From the NCBI GenBank assembly GCA_012295275.1, contig CM022677.1:16182001-16246000 (forward strand): DNA of 64,000 nt, in the 5' to 3' direction. The stretch is from Chrysomallon squamiferum (taxonomy: Eukaryota > Animalia > Mollusca). The position numbers and the translations under genes are program-made. The number at the start of each line of letters is the position of its first letter. The first letter of the stretch is position 1. Shown in pieces: positions 18,615-38,489 of the stretch. Below the pieces are notes generated by a model that saw only the letters and a program-made list of their open reading frames with translations, had not been told where the DNA came from and did no database searches.

Positions 18615-20536
18615 AGGTTTTGCGTTTTAGTTTAGAACCTCGTTATAATGAAATACTCTTTTCATCTTCGGCTGAATACGTAACACTGAAAACCTCAATA
18701 ATAAATCTAAAGGTACGTTCACACAAAACAATACATATTAACCTTTTTTAAATATATATTTATTATTACAACAAGATCATTAAAATGCATAAACTAGTGT
18801 ATTTTCCCCTTTTGTGGTATCGTAACATTGGCCTTCAAGACATATAAAATAACCCCCGTTTATAATAAATTATTTAAAGATGAGTTCATAAAATAGGTAA
18901 TATACATTATCCACTATAAATATGCCTATAAGAAATGAATACATTAACTGTTAACTTTATATTGAATACATTGGTTGTAATAGAATGTTCACTATAAAAT
19001 TGCCTTCAGGTCTTTCTTTAGAAAGAAAATTAAATTAAATAAGGAAAACGGTAAAAATGTTAAAATGTAAAATAAAAAAGATGTAAATAATAAACTAATT
19101 AATTGAGAAAGTAAGTATCTGAGTATGTGAATAACTAACTAACCAACTAACTAACTAACTAATTAAATAAATATAATTAATACAGAATCAGAGAGAAACT
19201 GAGAGAAGATATGCATAAAAAATTAACTAGAATCGTATTAGATTTCTTCACACACACATACAAACACAAAACAGTAATAAACAAATAAAATAAAAATAAA
19301 ACAAACGCAAATAAATAAATAAATAACAAGAAATAAATAAATAAATATATAAATTATAAAAAGTATGTTAAAAGAACATGCGATATTTATAGAAAATTTG
19401 TTATTAAAATATGTCGTTATATAAAACATGCAAACAAATAATTTAAATAAAATAATAAATAAATTAAATAAATAAATAAATTTTTATAACGTCTTATTTC
19501 TGCAGCTTTATTAAAATATGTCGTTATATAAATATGTATTAATAGTCTTATTTCTGCAGCTTGGAATACAGTCTGAGAAAGAAAACTTGTACACGCCGGG
19601 TAAAGTTTTATTTATTTAGTGGCGACCGATGTAATAGTTCCTGGTTACGATGAAGATATACGCAGCATTTTAGCTTAAAAGATGAATAAAGAAAGTGTAA
19701 ATTTTTTATTTTTTGTTTTTGAGGATTCATTTTCTTTTTTCTTCCCCCCTTCCCATTTTTAAATGGATTTAATATATATTATTTATTTATTTACTTTATT
19801 TTATTTTAAATGTACATTATTTTACCAACATTATATTATTATTATTGTTATTTCATTATATATTTTTTTCTTTCTTTACTTATTTCCTTATTAAATTTAG
19901 CTCTATGATAACAACAACAACAACAACAACAACAACAATAATAGCAATAGGAACATCAGTAGCAGTAGTTGTAATAACAATAACAATAATAATGATGGTG
20001 ACAGCAATAGTATTGGTAGAAGTAGTAATGATGATGATGATGATAAAAATAATAATGGAATTAATAATTATAACTATACTAGTAGTCGTAGTAGTAGCAA
20101 TAGTAATCATAAGAAATGATGATGATGATGATGACTACAACACCAGTAATAATAATAATATAATAATACTCATAATAATAAGAAGAAAAAGAAGAAGAAG
20201 AAGAAGAAGAAGAAGAAGAAGAAGAAGAAAAAAAAAATAATAATAACAACAACAATAATAACTGTCGTCGCCAACGTAGTAGTTGAAGTAAAAATAACAA
20301 AAATGAAAAGAATAATTCAACTGAGACCGTCTCATCTTTCGCAGACCTTAATTTAGCTGAAAGTTTTTTCAAACGTATTACTTGCGTAAGAAAATGTATT
20401 GCTTTCCCAGGCTCATATACACGATAGCACTTACCATGCTGTAATGTTTTCTAATCGATGAATAAATGAACTAATAGTAACTGTTCGATATTTGATTTCA
20501 TTTTCTTTTTTTCTTCTTCTATATTTTCTCTCCGTA

Positions 20537-21733
20537 CTACGGTCCTATGGGAATCCAGGTGGGTAAATAATAATCTTCCTGGCTGAACTGTGTATTCTGT
20601 CTGTTGGGTTTTTCATAAAATACAGTGTGCCCATTAGTTAACCAGGCAATCCAAAAGCTGAACGATCCCTCGGTTATAATCATGTGATCACAATTAGTCA
20701 TCATTGACATATCAACACCAGCGTCCCCCTTATCTACCACAATCACGTCACTTTTATTCAGTTTTTCTCGACACCACTGGACGTCATCTGTAGCTACGAG
20801 AAACGTCACTTTACCGTATCGTGACGTCATATATTTCATAGCTTTGTTGAGGTAAGAAAGCTGGTCTTTGTCGTACTTCACTTTATTTCTTACCACGTCC
20901 GTACGTCTGACGTGAATTCCAATTATTGGTTTCGTTCGATTCCAAACATATCTCATGAATTTGTCTTCGGCTGATTTGACAATATTTGATCTAAAAGTGA
21001 GTTCCTCTCGAACAAAATTGCTAATGTTATTGAAATATTTCCAGCTTTGAAAGTATGTTGATAACGTAACATTTTCTTTCGGTAGTTTCTCCATCTTTCT
21101 GTCATAAATTCCGAAACTTTTCTCTGTAACAGTAACCCACTTTCCTTGCTTGACGTCAATCTTCTCCACAAACGTCAAATCAAAATACTTTAGTAACGGA
21201 TTATCGGGAGAAATTGCAGGCTTCTTGTTATTCATGTATGCGATTCCTAACAATGCCGCATACTCAAACAAACAATTTCCCGTTCTTCCTGCATTCCCAA
21301 TCGTAACTAAAGAATTATTAGCGGTCTTCAGTTTCCATCTAACGTACAAGTTCAATGTTTTTCTTCGTTTGTACGCCGCGTTGTAAGTATAATTACCCAG
21401 AAGGTCAAGATTTCCGTCCACTCGCCAGTTTTCGACAGAACTGGCTTCTGTTTTGTTACTATAAGCTGCCGTCGTAGTTGCAGAGCTAACATGAACATCT
21501 TTCTTTGTTACCACTTGTACGCTTTTGTTAGAGTTATCTGTCGCTGTACGATTGTACAAAGTGAATGACGATGTCTTGTTATCTTGTTTTGTTATCCCTC
21601 GCCATTTTAAATACGACTGGCTGACAGTTGTTAAATACGTGTTCACACTGTTTTCTTCGTATAAAAATATATTAATTACAATTACTGAAATGAGGATCAG
21701 AATAAACATCCAGACATATTTTGATTTATTCAT
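20537..21733 (-). CDS. Galactoside alpha-1,2-fucosyltransferase-like protein (CAZy GT11, FUT1/FUT2 family), 398 aa, intronless CDS
   Basis: Type II membrane topology (short N-tail, hydrophobic YVWMFILILISVIVINIFLY, Ser/Thr/NxT-rich stem). GT11 motifs GRTGNCLFEYA, YFQSWKYF, GIHVRRTD, FLVATDDVQWC, DMSMMTNCDHMIITEGSFSFWIAWL and C-terminal DYYLPTWI. Confidence 0.95.
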   Translation of the reverse strand: MNKSKYVWMFILILISVIVINIFLYEENSVNTYLTTVSQSYLKWRGITKQDNKTSSFTLYNRTATDNSNKSVQVVTKKDVHVSSATTTAAYSNKTEASSVENWRVDGNLDLLGNYTYNAAYKRRKTLNLYVRWKLKTANNSLVTIGNAGRTGNCLFEYAALLGIAYMNNKKPAISPDNPLLKYFDLTFVEKIDVKQGKWVTVTEKSFGIYDRKMEKLPKENVTLSTYFQSWKYFNNISNFVREELTFRSNIVKSAEDKFMRYVWNRTKPIIGIHVRRTDVVRNKVKYDKDQLSYLNKAMKYMTSRYGKVTFLVATDDVQWCREKLNKSDVIVVDKGDAGVDMSMMTNCDHMIITEGSFSFWIAWLTNGHTVFYEKPNRQNTQFSQEDYYLPTWIPIGP

Positions 21734-21789
21734 GTTTTAATAATCGGCTGTTCTCTTCGATGTTGACGAGATGGCGAACTGAAAGTCTT

Positions 21790-22455
21790 TTAGTGGCAGT
21801 CCTCCGAGACGAACTGTGGATAATAACGAGTGGCAGACCCTCTGTCCCCTTCGATGAATGGATATTAATAAATGGCAGTCCTCTTTGTGGAAGATGAATG
21901 TTTGTCAATGAAACCTCGCTTCTATAAACTATAGATTTTAATAAATGGAAGTGCTTGTGTAAAAACAGTAGATGTTAAAAAGTGGCATGTTTTGTCTGAA
22001 CTTGACCTTCACAAAAGCACTCCTATCGCCCAAACTCAGTATGAACACTGGCAGTCCTCTTCGAAGAACAGTATTTGAATAAACTTCAATTCACTTGATA
22101 AAATTAACTTTGATAACATAAGTTTATATACTTCATGTTAATAAATGGCTTCGTGTTTTATAAATCGTAGGTACTAATAAGTAGCAGTCCTCTTGTATAA
22201 GGTATACATTTTAATAAATGAAAAGATAAAAACTTGATGTCAAAAAGTGGCAGTCCTCTTGTACAAACTTGATGACACTAGATAGCAGTGCTGCATGAAT
22301 TTGATGTTCATAAGTGGCGTTCCTCTTGGACGAATTTGTGGAATGGCAGTTCTCTTCGGTAAAGTTGGATTTGAATAGCAGTTCTGTTGGACGAACACAA
22401 TGTTAATGTGGCAGTCCTCTTGGTAAGCACTGATGTAACAGCAGTCCTGTTGGAT
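21790..22455. repeat. Degenerate ~30-40 bp tandem repeat with core (A/G)TGGCAGTCCTCTT immediately 5' of the FUT CDS
   Basis: About 15 core copies, e.g. near 21793, 21830, 21872, 22049, 22181, 22247, 22314, 22343, 22408. Partial copies also at ~16890-16945 and ~24050-24125. Confidence 0.8.
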
Positions 22456-22615
22456 ATTAATTAGTGGATATAAAATATTTTTTAATTCAATTATTAATTA
22501 AATGTCACCCTCTTGAAATTTTCTTTAGCCGAGCTTAATTTAAGAATTAAAGAACTGTATTATCCCCTTTAAAATACTTGTTCGATAATGTATTAATTCC
22601 AGTCTGCAGTACTGG

Positions 22616-22650
<35 letters not shown>

Positions 22651-23221
22651 TTAATAATAATATTAATAATTTTATATCTAGTAAAATAATAAATAATGTT
22701 GTTAACACACACATTTTTATATATAAACTGCAAGATTTTAAAATTTAAAGTGGATATGAAACTGACTAAATATTTGAGACGGTAAAAGAATATATTTCAG
22801 CTTCTTAGTTACTGAACTCTTCAAATATTTAATATTGTACAGTGATATATATATATCATATTTTCATCAGTCTAATACAGTGTCTTCATATCATTCACTT
22901 GCACAGTGTATTTAGTTAAATCTTATTTCCATGAAGAACACATTAATAAAATATATGTTTGTTATATTAATTGTAGACAAAACCCTATCTAATTTAAACA
23001 AATGATGTTGCAAAGAAAACATTTAAAAACAGTAAGAATTTTGAAAATAAATTAATATACAGGTACAATAAAGGTACTCAAGAGAAAAACTGAAGGATAA
23101 ACAAATAGAAATAAATAACTTATCTTCTTGCAATGTCCGTGCCTTTTTCTCGTCATTATTTAAAGCTTTATAAATAATTTTATATAATATTGTATAAAAT
23201 CTTTAGGACGGATCCATGATT

Positions 23222-23257
<36 letters not shown>

Positions 23258-23795
23258 CAAAATAAATAAAATTTATTACAGTCTCTAAACATTATTGTGT
23301 AAATACATTTTATTTATTCTCTCTTTATACAATTTTACAGCTGCTGTTAAATCAAGTTTTATCTTTTGTTGATTCCTTTGAACACTTTCTATTCAGATGT
23401 CTGCACGTTATTAAATAAATATTTTATTTCTGGTCTGTTATAGTAATGACAGTTTCAAAAATAAGTGTTACTTGTTAAAGTTGTTTGGTTCACTTTAGTT
23501 TGATAATGTTTTGTGAAAATATCTCTGTACGTACATTTAACGTGAGCAGTGACCCATAACAGTTAAGTAATATTACCCAGCTTCGTTTGTTATGTCATAA
23601 TTAAAGAATCCATGATTATGTTGAGGTGGAGAAAAAAAAAAAAAAAAAAAAAGAAAAAGAAGAAAATAATCTTAAATAGGAGCTCTCAATAGAAGAAATA
23701 ACACATAGCTCTGTATAACCGGCTTACTTCGATGTTATAAAGTGCATTTTTCGTTTACATTTTAACAGATGTGTGTATGTGTGTGTGTATATATA

Positions 23796-23826
<31 letters not shown>

Positions 23827-23856
23827 GTGTATATATATATATATACACACACGCTC

Positions 23857-23917
<61 letters not shown>

Positions 23918-24288
23918 ATTCTCTTTTGTACACACACATACAAACACAAATCAGTAACAATAACGACAACAACAACAATAATAAATATATAAATAAATAA
24001 ATCAATAAATCAAAACGTAACTTATTTAACTTTTTTATATTAATTTGATAGCAGTTCTGTTGGACGAACACAATGTTAATGTGGCAGTCCTCTTGGCGAG
24101 CACTGATGTAACTGCTGTCCTGTAGGATATTAATTAGTGGACATGAAATATTTTTTAATTGAATTATTAATTAAGTGTCACCCTCTTGAAATATTCTTTA
24201 CCCGCGCTTAATTTAAGAATTAAAGAACTGTATTATCGCCTTTAAAATATTTGTTCCATAAAGTATTAATTCCAGTTTGCAGTACTGG

Positions 24289-24375
<87 letters not shown>

Positions 24376-24384
24376 TTGATAATG

Positions 24385-24436
<52 letters not shown>

Positions 24437-24550
24437 CGATAACAACACAAACTACATTTTAATCAATATAATACAGTGTGTTCAAATCATCCACTAAAAT
24501 ATTTTATTCCATAAAGTATTAATTCCAGTTTGCAGTACTGGATATAAATA

Positions 24551-24623
<73 letters not shown>

Positions 24624-25342
24624 TTAAACATAATCATAATCATAACAACAAAAACTAAATATATTCTTCAAAAAATGTTGGGGGAAACTCTAATAGAATT
24701 TACAATTTACAATAATTTTATATATAGTAAATAAATAAATAAAGTTGTTAACAATATTAAATATTTGAAGTGTTCAGTAACTACGAAACTGAAATGTATA
24801 TATATATATCACATTTTCATCAATCTAATACAGTTTCTAATCCACTTGCACTGTGTATTTAGTTAAATCTTATTTCCATGAATAATACATTAATACAATA
24901 TATATTTGTTATATTAATTGTGCATACAACACTATCTAATTTAAACAAGTGATGTTGCAAAGAAAACATTTAAAAATAGTAAGAATTTTGAAAATAAATC
25001 AATTAATATAAAGGTACAATAAAGGTATTCAAGAGAAAAACTGAAAAACTGAAGGATAAACAAGTAGAAATAAATAACTTACCGTGCCCTTTTCTCGTCA
25101 TTATTTAAATAATTTGTTTCCACGTCAACGGAAGAGGCGTGGTTTAGTCAGTACAGTATGATTGACAGACACACTGTCCAATAAGATAAGAAGACACACT
25201 ACGCAATTCTCATAACACCTGAATCTTTTTAAAAGCATTTTCTGAATTTAAGTTTTTTTTTTAAATATATTTAATTTATTTATTTATTTATTTATTTATT
25301 ATTATTGTTATTATTATTGTTGTTATTATTATTATTATTGTT

Positions 25343-25381
<39 letters not shown>

Positions 25382-25931
25382 ATTATTATTATTATTATTT
25401 ATTTATTTTATTTTATTTTATTTTTTCTAAGAACTGTAATATGACTGTTCATGCAGAAATTTCCGTGTGCATGTAACGTATTCACTGCACCTTTAACTGA
25501 ATAAGGGTGGGCCTGAATTGTGGATATGCTTCGCTATAAATAAATAAAGAAAAGAAAGAAAGAAAGAAAGAAAGAAACCAACGAAAAAAACAAACAAACA
25601 CACACACACAAAATGTGTATATAATCACATTTTCTTCAGTCTAGTATATCATTCATTTCTACCTCTCCCTCTCTTTGTGGATGTAACGTCATTTGAGTTT
25701 CAATATCCGACGTTACAAGGTAGTTTCACGGTACACAATATGTAACCTGCATCTAAGCGAAATATGATTATTTCTTGAGTTACAAATGATTGCTGCGAAG
25801 TCGTTTAATCTCTCACAATGAATAAACTGAAAGATAAAATCGTTTGGATTGATACGAATAGTCTGGTGTAGCACGCCTTTTTTAATGCGTATTCGTATAC
25901 TTGGTTGTAAAACGATGTGTGAGTGGAGTTG

Positions 25932-25975
<44 letters not shown>

Positions 25976-26186
25976 TTATGTGTGTGTGTGTATTTGTGTA
26001 TTTGTGTGTATGTGTATGTGTGTGTAGTTGTTTGTGTGTATGTGTATGTGTGTGTGTATTTGTGTGTGTATTTGTGTGTGTGTATTTGTGTGTATGTGTG
26101 TATGTGTTTGTGTGTGTGTATTTGTGTGTGTGTGTGTGTGTAGTTGTGTGTGTATTTGTGTGTGTGTGTGTGTGTGTTTGTGTGTA

Positions 26187-26250
26187 AAGTGGTACCTCGA
26201 CTTATCAGTGCCCCAACTTACGAGTTTTTTTGAGTTACGAGAAGTCGACC
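26187..26250 (+). mobile_element. Left terminal sequence of a Tigger/pogo-type DNA transposon
   Basis: TA followed by (a)AGTGGTACCTCGACTTATCAGTGCCCCAACTTACGAGTTTTTTGAGTTACGAG. The start is the inverted match of the end ...CAAGGTACCACTG-TA at 60701-60715; CAGTGGTACC ends with a TA target are typical of Tigger elements. Confidence 0.7.
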
Positions 26251-26254
26251 GAAC

Positions 26255-31610
<5,356 letters not shown>

Positions 31611-31883
31611 TAAATATCTTTCTTACTTTTTTTTTTTTTTTTTTTTACTTCTTTTTAAGCGCATCTCTACGCTCTCTCAAAACTAACAAAGAAACCTGTT
31701 GTACTTTAATGCCTTTCCGTCAGTAAAATCCGGTTTTAAATTTCTACCTGAATGTGATAAACTGTTGTTATTTCAGATGTGAGATTGCGGGAGGGTAACC
31801 TGGGAGAAACAGCGAGGAGAGTTTAAAAAAAAAAAAACTTAGAGTGACACAGACGAGAAGAATAGAAAGTGCAGAGAGGTGGG

Positions 31884-31959
<76 letters not shown>

Positions 31960-32613
31960 TAGAAAGAGAGAGAGACAGACAGAGAGAGAGCCAGAGAGAG
32001 AGAGATAGATAGAGAGAGAGAGGGGGAGAGAAAGAGAGAGACAGAAAGAGAGAGAAGGACTAGTAGATGTGAGATGAACGAGAATAAATAGAGAGAGAAT
32101 TGGTCGGAGGATGGATGAAAACAGAAATGAATATATAAACAAAATATAAATTCACAGATATAAAATATCACTACTACTATCTAATAATAATAATAATAAT
32201 AATAAACAAATAAATAAATAACCTGATGAATAAATAAATCAGTCAATAAATAATCAATTTTATAAACGAACGAAACAAAGTAAGCAAGACAACTGATTTA
32301 GTTAGAAAAATATTCATCGTTACTAAAAGCGTACCAAATAACTTGACAAACAACATCATCACCACCGTCGCCGACGTCAACAAAGGCTCCCGTGATTGCG
32401 GGAATCCCCGAACGTGACTACGTAAGAATGGGACACACAATAAACTATTGAAAAATAGAAGAAACCTTTGTGTGTGCATGTGTTTATTTACCAGTCCGTA
32501 ACGTTATTTAACCAGCTGTCTGAACTACACCATGACTTTGCATAATATAGATAGTTTCTTTTTACACAGCGAGATTTTGAACGTATATTGCTGTGAGTTT
32601 GTGTGAGGGCACG

Positions 32614-32661
<48 letters not shown>

Positions 32662-33027
32662 GTGTGTGTGTGTATGTGTGTGTGTGTGTGTTGTGTGTGT
32701 ATGTGTGTGTGTTCACGACAGTGTTTGAGTGTACGTATTTTAAATAGAATTGTCAGTTATTTCCCGTTCTAAGCTATACCTTTCAGCTGGTTTACGAGAG
32801 ATTATGAGAAATCATTAAATTAAAAAAAATATATATATATATTCTTTAAGTAACACACTTAACCATTGAGATTTATAAATAAATAATCTGCGAGAATACA
32901 TTTAAAAATATATAATAAATACATAAATCAATTAGATAACATAACCAGTAAGTAAATAAATAAATAAATAAATTTATCACGTTTTAGTTACTGTAGAGAT
33001 CGGTAATTTTCGACATCGGGTAAAATC

Positions 33028-33086
33028 GGGGATTCCCTTAATGATAACGAAAATAGCGTTCGTTGGTTGCCGTTGCGATGACGTCA
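33028..33086. promoter_or_regulatory. NF-kB-like site plus CRE, candidate enhancer of copy C
   Basis: GGGGATTCCC at 33028-33037 and TGACGTCA at 33079-33086; an extra GGGAATCCCC at 32400-32409. Confidence 0.45.
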
Positions 33087-33359
33087 CCAGTACTATGACG
33101 TAAGATTTTTCGGTTTATGGATGTTATATTAGGACATCAATTTTCTTGAAACTTTTCTTTGTAAATTTAGTTAGGACATTAATGTAGATAAGATACAACT
33201 TATCCATTTATTTGTTTCGTTAGTCGTTTAGTTATTTGTTTTTCTCCATTTTTAATTACGTTTCAATAGATTAAAAATTTCAAATTTTATGGCGTATATA
33301 TTTTCTGTTACCCTCGATTTTATATATATATATATATATATAAAATTGTTCAGTCTTTC

Positions 33360-33402
<43 letters not shown>

Positions 33403-34586
33403 CACGGATATATGCCGGTGAATATAACAGTTAAGAATAAAGAAATATTATTCTCTGAAACCAACCCATTGAAAACAGACCAGCAGGACACGAAAATGAA
33501 ACGTCACTGACAAAAAAAAAAAAAAAAAAAAAAAAATAAAAAAAAAATAATAAAAAAAATACTTCAGAAAACTGCGTAACGTAAAAAGAAACCAGTGGAG
33601 CGTAGAGATAGATGTAGGCTGGATTTTCTTTTTGATTTTCTTTTCTTTTTTCTTTTTCTTTTTTTATTCTTATCCCCTTTTGTAGCATAATATTCAACCG
33701 AGGAATTTACATCCTGGTATAATAATACTAGTCTTATAAATAATTTATATGTTTATGAATAATATTTCAGTTCGGATCGCGTCGACTGAACGTGTTAACG
33801 ATTAGCTGCTACAAAGACTATAACAACTACTACAACTGCACCTGATCTACATCTACGAAAACTTCAACAGCAACAACTACCAAGACAACACTTTTTGTTA
33901 CAACTACAACTAGAACAACTACTACTACAGCGAAAACAACAACTACAAAGACAACAATTACAAGAACAGTGGAAAAAACACTTTTGTATTACATTTGTGG
34001 AGAAAAAAAACCTTGAATAGAGTTGAGAGAAGGAGGGATAACAACAACAACGACTACAACAACAGCTTGAACTTCTTGAGGACAACATTATAGCGATTTA
34101 AGAGAGAGAGAGGTACGTGAAAAATTGCTTACATATAATATATGTTTATTTTTGATTAGTTTCTATTATTAGTTATTATTTTTAACTATTTTCTGTTATT
34201 AGCTATTATTATTATTTTTTTATTATTAGTTATAATTTTAATTTACTTTATTTATCTTCTGTCATTAGCTATTTTATTTATCTGTTATTAGTTTTTATTT
34301 TTATTTACTCTGTGTTAGTAGTTATCACTGCGAACTTAACATTCTATAATCTAGGTTAAATATATAGAAGTAATATCTGGTCTGTCGACAAAGTCATACA
34401 TTTCATTCACCAAGATCATAGCAACAACAACAAACACAATGAATTTCTAGACGGCTGATAATAATAATAACAAGAAGGAAGTACTTTAAAAAGGTTCAAT
34501 TTTTATATATATATACAGAGAGAAATTTTTATGGTGAACAAATATTCATAAGTCTTTGCTATCCGGATAGAATTGACAGCTTGCCA

Positions 34587-34662
<76 letters not shown>

Positions 34663-34693
34663 GACTATCTATCTTTGTCTCTCTTTCTCTCTC

Positions 34694-34839
<146 letters not shown>

Positions 34840-34894
34840 TCTCTGTTTCTTCCAAACATATCAATAGGCGTACGTCTGACAGTAATCTCTTATA

Positions 34895-34925
<31 letters not shown>

Positions 34926-35040
34926 TAGTAATAATAAATATAATACAGGAAAATGATATTGAAGATACAAATTTTATACTAAAGATCACAAAACTACACA
35001 AAGGATACTTCTAGAATCACACATTCCCCCCCCCGCCCGA

Positions 35041-35262
35041 TTCCGAAAAGATATCTGACGCAATGGTTTCATTTTCCTTTTATCAACAAGATCCTAAGCA
35101 AAACTGATCTGGTCCTATATATATATCTAACCCACTGTGTTATTATCATATTATAAAGCACTAGAGGTGTAAGAGATATATGTTTTCATTTACTTGTCGG
35201 CTGATTTTGAATAGTGCTGTGTTTGTACACAATGACCTCTGCCGCCATGTTGGATCGTTTCA
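35041..35262 (+). promoter_or_regulatory. Proximal promoter and exon 0 of receptor copy C, with possible upstream in-frame ATG at 35247
   Basis: ISRE-like GGTTTCATTTTCC at 35065-35077, then GCCGCCATGTTGGATCGTTTCA|GTAAGT. The phase-1 join to acceptor 39566 reads MLDRFNKTLK-MRSLFLF in frame. Confidence 0.6.
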
Positions 35263-35779
35263 GTAAGTGGTATTTTTTTGGTTCTTCGTTATTTATTTAT
35301 TTATGTTTTTTATTATAATTGTTTGTTTGTTTAGTTGTATCTTTGTTTGTTAATGTAATTTATCGCTCTAGTATATTAATGATACTGCAATTTGAGAGTA
35401 CTACCGTATTAAACGATTCCTAAGACAACACTAAATACTAAATCTACCATCAAATGTTCTGAATACCGATTTCAGGTTTCAGGTTTCAGGTTTCTATGCC
35501 TCTTTCAGTAAAATATTTTCAGAAATAAATGTTGTATTAGTAAAACGTTCATTATGACAACAAAAGATAATTGTCATTTGTTTTGGCAATTCTACTTTCT
35601 TAGATTTCTTATATTGTCGTTCATTCATTTATTCGTTCTTTTGTTCATTCGTTTAACTTCATTTTTCCAGTAATAATATATTTTTAAAAACATCAGCTCG
35701 TTTCAGAAAAAATATTCATTTGTTGTTTTCTTGTTTCTGTCTTTTTGTTTCTTTAGTCTGTATGGTTCTCTCTGTCCCC

Positions 35780-35875
<96 letters not shown>

Positions 35876-35988
35876 ATTTTTTTAAGCAGTTGTCTCTTTC
35901 TTGTATTTGACTGTTTTAATTATCTCCTTCTTTCTTTCTTTCTTTTTTTTGTTTAAAATAAATAGTTAAAACAAATTTCGTAAGCTAA

Positions 35989-36089
<101 letters not shown>

Positions 36090-36376
36090 ACTTCAAAATT
36101 ATACGAATATCTACACAGACTACATATAATAAAGCTGTGATTCGCAAACAGAAGCACACAGACAGATATATAGACCAACAAGCAAAAAAAAAAAAAAAAA
36201 AAAAAAAAAACACAGTCTCTTTCATTTAATAAATAAATAAGAATAATTTTTAAATAGATAAACAAAACAATTAAGCCAAGAAAAACAAAGGAGAACTCGT
36301 TTAAAGAATATTTTACTTTTATTATTATTATTATTTTTTTTTTTCATTATTAATAACATGTAGGGCTTATATTACT

Positions 36377-36411
<35 letters not shown>

Positions 36412-38489
36412 AGTTTTCCGTCACTGATGACATGTGACGTTTGACGTATTAGGTCATGCGTGTGAGCTCGTGATTCTGACGAAGCTTTCTAAATGTAGTT
36501 TTAATTCAGTACCTGTTTATGAGTGAACAGAAACGTTCCATGCTCGACTGAATGCGTAACAATGAAAACCTCAATGATAAATCTAAAGGTACGTTCACAC
36601 AAAACAATACATATTAACGTTTTGTTTTTAAATATATATTTATTATTACAACAAGATCATTAAAATGCAAAACACTAGTGTATTTTCCCCTTGACCAGGA
36701 TCGTAACATTGGTCTGTCTTCAAGCCATATAAAATCTTACTAACCCTCTTTTATAACAAATAATTAAAAGATGAGTGCATATAATAGGTGTAATACATTG
36801 ACAACTATAAATATGCGTATATATATATAGCTATTTTTTTATTTATATATGTAAACACATAAAAAATACAGACACGTGTATATATAAAATGTCTGTATAT
36901 ATGTCAGCATGTTTGTACGAACCTTAAGGTCGTTTTCAACAATCGTCTACTGAAAAAGAAAAAGAAAAAAAAAAAAAAACTGTTTATTTTTTGTGTAGAT
37001 ATAAATTTATATCATTTTGTTTAGTTTCAGCTGGCCTTGCTTTTTCTGTTTTAATTGTTTGTTTGTTTCTTTTCATTTTATTTTTTATTTTGTTTAGCAG
37101 AAACAGGTTAGTTATCACAATCTGCCATGAGTTATGAATGTATGTCTTTAGTTTTCCCCAAGGATATGAATATATTAACTGTTTAATTGATAAATTATCA
37201 TAATTGGTTATCATAAGATGTTCACTATGAAATTTCCTTCAGCTGTTTCTTTACACAGAATTAAATAAGGAAAACATTAAAATATCGTAAAAAGTCAAAT
37301 AAAATGATAATAAAAGTATGTAATTAATTAATTAATAAAGTAAGTATGTGAGCATGTGAATATGACTTTTTTCACAACGGAAAGAAAAAAAATGAATTAA
37401 ATAAAAAATAAAATAATAAAAAATAAAATAAAATAAATAATCTTCTCTTACTGAATCCCGTTTAGCTGTAAATAGAGATTGTATCTTGTACAGACTACAA
37501 CGAATCTGCGAATATCTGTTATTTATCTCGATCTGGTTCTTGTTAAAATTAGACCAAACTGACTGATAAATCCACTCAGTTTCAAACTAGTAAATTGTTT
37601 TAATGATAAATCAGTATTTTGTCACGAAAGAGTAATTAACATAGTAGGAAAAAATGTGTATGTGTAAACGTACAGACGCACTCACACACAAAAACGCATG
37701 CACATAAACACAGACACATATTTGAACACACCAAAACACACACATACGCATACAATTACAGACACACATATACAAACACACACATATAGATACGTACATA
37801 CAGAGTGAGAAAGAATTAAAATGAGCATGTATTTCTGTAAAGTCTAGAGTAATCGGTAAAATGGATTGTCTAGTGTGAATGCGCCTTTATCTATACTACG
37901 TCGTCACTGTTGCTTTAATGTTTAGAGTCTTCAGTATAATATTTAACTTTGTGTTCTCAGTTCATATCACAGAAGTTAAATATTTGTTGGAGATAATGTT
38001 TAATAATAAATAAATACTAAGTTGAAATATTAGTTCTCCATATTTATCTTTTATTTTTCACTTTTACTGTCAGTTTAATAACAATAGCAACGTCGTCGGC
38101 AACGTCGTGGTAGTAGTTGAAGTAAGAATAACAAATGTTTATAGATAATTCAGCTGAGATACTGATTTTCATTTTTCGCCGGCTCGATTTAGCTGAGCCT
38201 TTTTAATATGTATTACTCGCGTAAGAAAATGTATTGTTTTCCCTAGCTCATATACAGGATAACACTTACCATGTTGTTATGTTTTACACATATTTGTAAA
38301 CAAATAAAAAAATAAAAAAAAAAAATTACCAAAAAAACAAATGAACGAAAGACAAACAAAACAAACAAACAACAAAAACTAATCGATGAATGAATGAATG
38401 AATGAACTAATGAGTAATTGTTCGATATTTGATTTCATTTTCTTACTTATTTTATTTTATTTTTTATATATATATATCTTCTCTCCATC

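Noticed and set aside
21790-22455. Core-plus-variable-linker repeat as CRISPR-like
   Set aside because: Cores are short and degenerate, and the linkers resemble one another; it fits an old minisatellite better.
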